Assembly: GCF_006345805.1 (NCBI RefSeq)
Contig: NC_043010.1
Location: 2,046,001 to 2,110,000 of the forward strand
Source of the DNA: Octopus sinensis
Taxonomy: Eukaryota
DNA: 64,000 bases
Reading direction: 5' to 3'
A program made the translations under genes and the position numbers. Numbering within the stretch: the stretch's first letter is position 1; each line of letters opens with the position of its first letter. Of this stretch, positions 61,967 through 64,000 are shown in pieces. Under the pieces are notes generated by a model. It did not search any database, was not told where the DNA came from, and worked only from the letters and a program-made list of their open reading frames with translations.

Positions 61967-62320
61967 TACTCTCTTTTACTTGTTTCAGTCATTTGACTGT
62001 GGCCATGCTGGAGCACCATCTTTAGTTGAGCAAATTGACCCCAGGACTTATTCTTTGTAAGCTTAGTACTTATTCTATTGGTCTCTTTTGCCGAACTGCT
62101 AAGTTCGGTTGTCAAGCAATGTTGGGGACAAACACAAACACACACAAATATATACATATACATATATACGACGGGCTTCTTTCAGTTTCCGTCTACCAAA
62201 TCCACTCATAAGGCTTTGGTCGGCCCGAGGCTATAGTAGAAGACATTTGCCCAAGGTGCCACGCAGTGGGGCTGAACCCGGAACCATGTGGTTGGTAAGC
62301 ACCACACAACCACTCCAGCA
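61967..62320 (-). mobile_element. SINE family C, near full length
   Basis: Reverse complement of the 42345-42770 element with small internal deletions. Confidence 0.85.
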
Positions 62321-63091
62321 CCTATATATATATACACATATATATATTCCTTTCTTCCTTTTAATTCTACCCTAAGCACATGCATATATTTGCATAATTT
62401 TTTCTACCTTGGGACAGAATTTTCCATACCCATCAACATAAACTTTCTCACTCATAATGCCTGTATGTTCTGAAAGTGTAACTTTCCCAAATAAAGTGCA
62501 CTTCATATTCAATGCTCTGATGAAGCTATAGCATGTTACCCTGGTACTCAACTGAAAGTCCACTACATTTTATAGCAGAAACAGCTATAAACCAATGAAG
62601 TTCATTACGTAATATTTAGATTTTTCTGGTATCATCCTTTTGTTTTCTGTTACTACTCTATACTCATCTAACATCGTGTTCTGGGCCATATGTATATTGA
62701 GTTCTACACCAGGTTATTAGTCTTGCTATGCCAAAGCAACACATATATATATTTATATATATATATATATATGGGTACAGGTATAGTTGTTTGGTTATGG
62801 AGCTCAAATTGTTACTAATTTTCCATTTCTATCCCTCGGCGTGGTAACCTTAGTCTTCTCCTGGGCCCTAAAATCAACCAATACATTAATACATTGTGAC
62901 TGAATTTGGAAGATGGAAACTATATGAAAGCCATCTCACACACACACACACACACACACATCATCACCATTTAACATCTATTTTCCAAGGTGGCATAAGT
63001 TGGACAGTTTGACAGAAGCCAACAGGTCAAAGAAATGCACCAAGTTCCATAATTTTCTTTGGCATGGATTTTGTCACTGAATGCCCTTCTA

Positions 63092-63748
63092 AATGAATCT
63101 TCTTTGGACTGAATAGTGATTGGTGATGAGAAATGGGCTCTCTATAAAAATGTCGAGTGCTGAAGACAGTGGGCAGGGAAAGGAGAAACACTGGCACTCC
63201 AGGCTAAAGAAGGTCTTCACCCACATAAAGTGTTGTTATCTGTTTGATGGGATATGAAAGGTTTAGTTCACTTTGAACTTATAAACCCAAACCAAACGAT
63301 AAGTCATTGCTAGAACAAAAATGACCATCTTTGGTTTCAAGAAGAAAGGTGTTCTTCCATCAGGATAATTCCCAATTACATACAGCAAGGATGATATTTC
63401 GAAGGCTGGAGCAGTTTGAATGGGAAATGATGCCCCACCCACCATATTCACTGGACATTGCCCCATATGATTATAATTTATTCTGCAATCTTCAAAATCA
63501 CTTGGGTGGGAAAAATATGAATTCTGGAGACAAGATTAAAACAGTACAGGTGGAGCATTTTTCATTACGGACAGGTGAATTTTGAAAGAGGGGCCTTGCA
63601 AATTTACCAGATAGATGGAAGAGCATTGCAGAAAATGAAGGAGAATATATTTTATATTAAAAAAGAACTGATATTTTAATTTTGAAAAATAAAAGAAGTA
63701 TAAAAAATAGAAGTATAAAAAAACCACATTATTTATGAGATGACCCAA
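63092..63748 (+). mobile_element. Decayed mariner transposase (3' half) with right TIR
   Basis: IVIGDEKWALY..KVLLSV*WDMKGLVHFEL..FFHQDNSQLHTA..WEMMPHPPYSLDIAPYDYNLF matches GDEKW / HDNA / PYSPDLAPSD. It ends ...GAGATGACCCAA|TA. Confidence 0.9.
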
Positions 63749-63752
63749 TATA

Positions 63753-64000
63753 TACAGAGTGCAATGAATAAACTAAATTACGCAAATATGAAAACACTGA
63801 TACCTCGTTTTAACAGATATATCTACCAAAATTACATAAAAATATCTTGAAATACTGAAGAGTAAAGTTATTCAATAAAATCGCCACTGGCTTCAACTAC
63901 AGCCTCCATATGACTTCGGAATCTCCTGCAACTCATCTGGATGGTCTCCTTGTTTAAGTTGGTGAATGCTGTCATAATCCTTGCCTTCAGTTAATTTTTG
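63753..64000 (-). mobile_element. Second Tc1/mariner-superfamily element, 3' end (runs off the window)
   Basis: Minus frame reads LKARIMTAFTNLNKETIQMSCRRFRSHMEAVVEASGDFIE* (stop at 63870-63868). The terminus TA|CAGAGTG starts at 63753. Confidence 0.7.

Overview
AT-rich, repeat-dense eukaryotic DNA, most likely Octopus (coleoid cephalopod), judged from the protocadherin type and the SINE/MITE families. One host gene is supported: a minus-strand 6-EC protocadherin. Its large exon is 26944->24482 (ATG at 26872), it splices in phase 0 to a cytoplasmic-tail exon at 16238->16086, giving about 847 aa, and its promoter and 5' non-coding exon lie further upstream. The rest is microsatellite, SINEs, MITEs, Helitrons and decayed LINE, Penelope and mariner remnants; the other long ORFs in the track come from simple repeats or these remnants. 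Most notable: (1) an NRF1/ETS promoter-like module about 210-290 bp past the large exon's splice donor, flanked by plus-strand donor sites, a candidate antisense promoter; (2) several fold-back elements carrying intact or degenerate minimal hammerhead-ribozyme cores, tied to a Penelope remnant with inverted pseudo-LTRs in the same window; (3) an identical 300-bp local duplication inserted into a MITE, with microhomology and a hint of circular permutation; (4) coordinated loss of Ca2+ ligands at the EC3-EC4 junction. All alignments and folds were done by eye and need computational confirmation.
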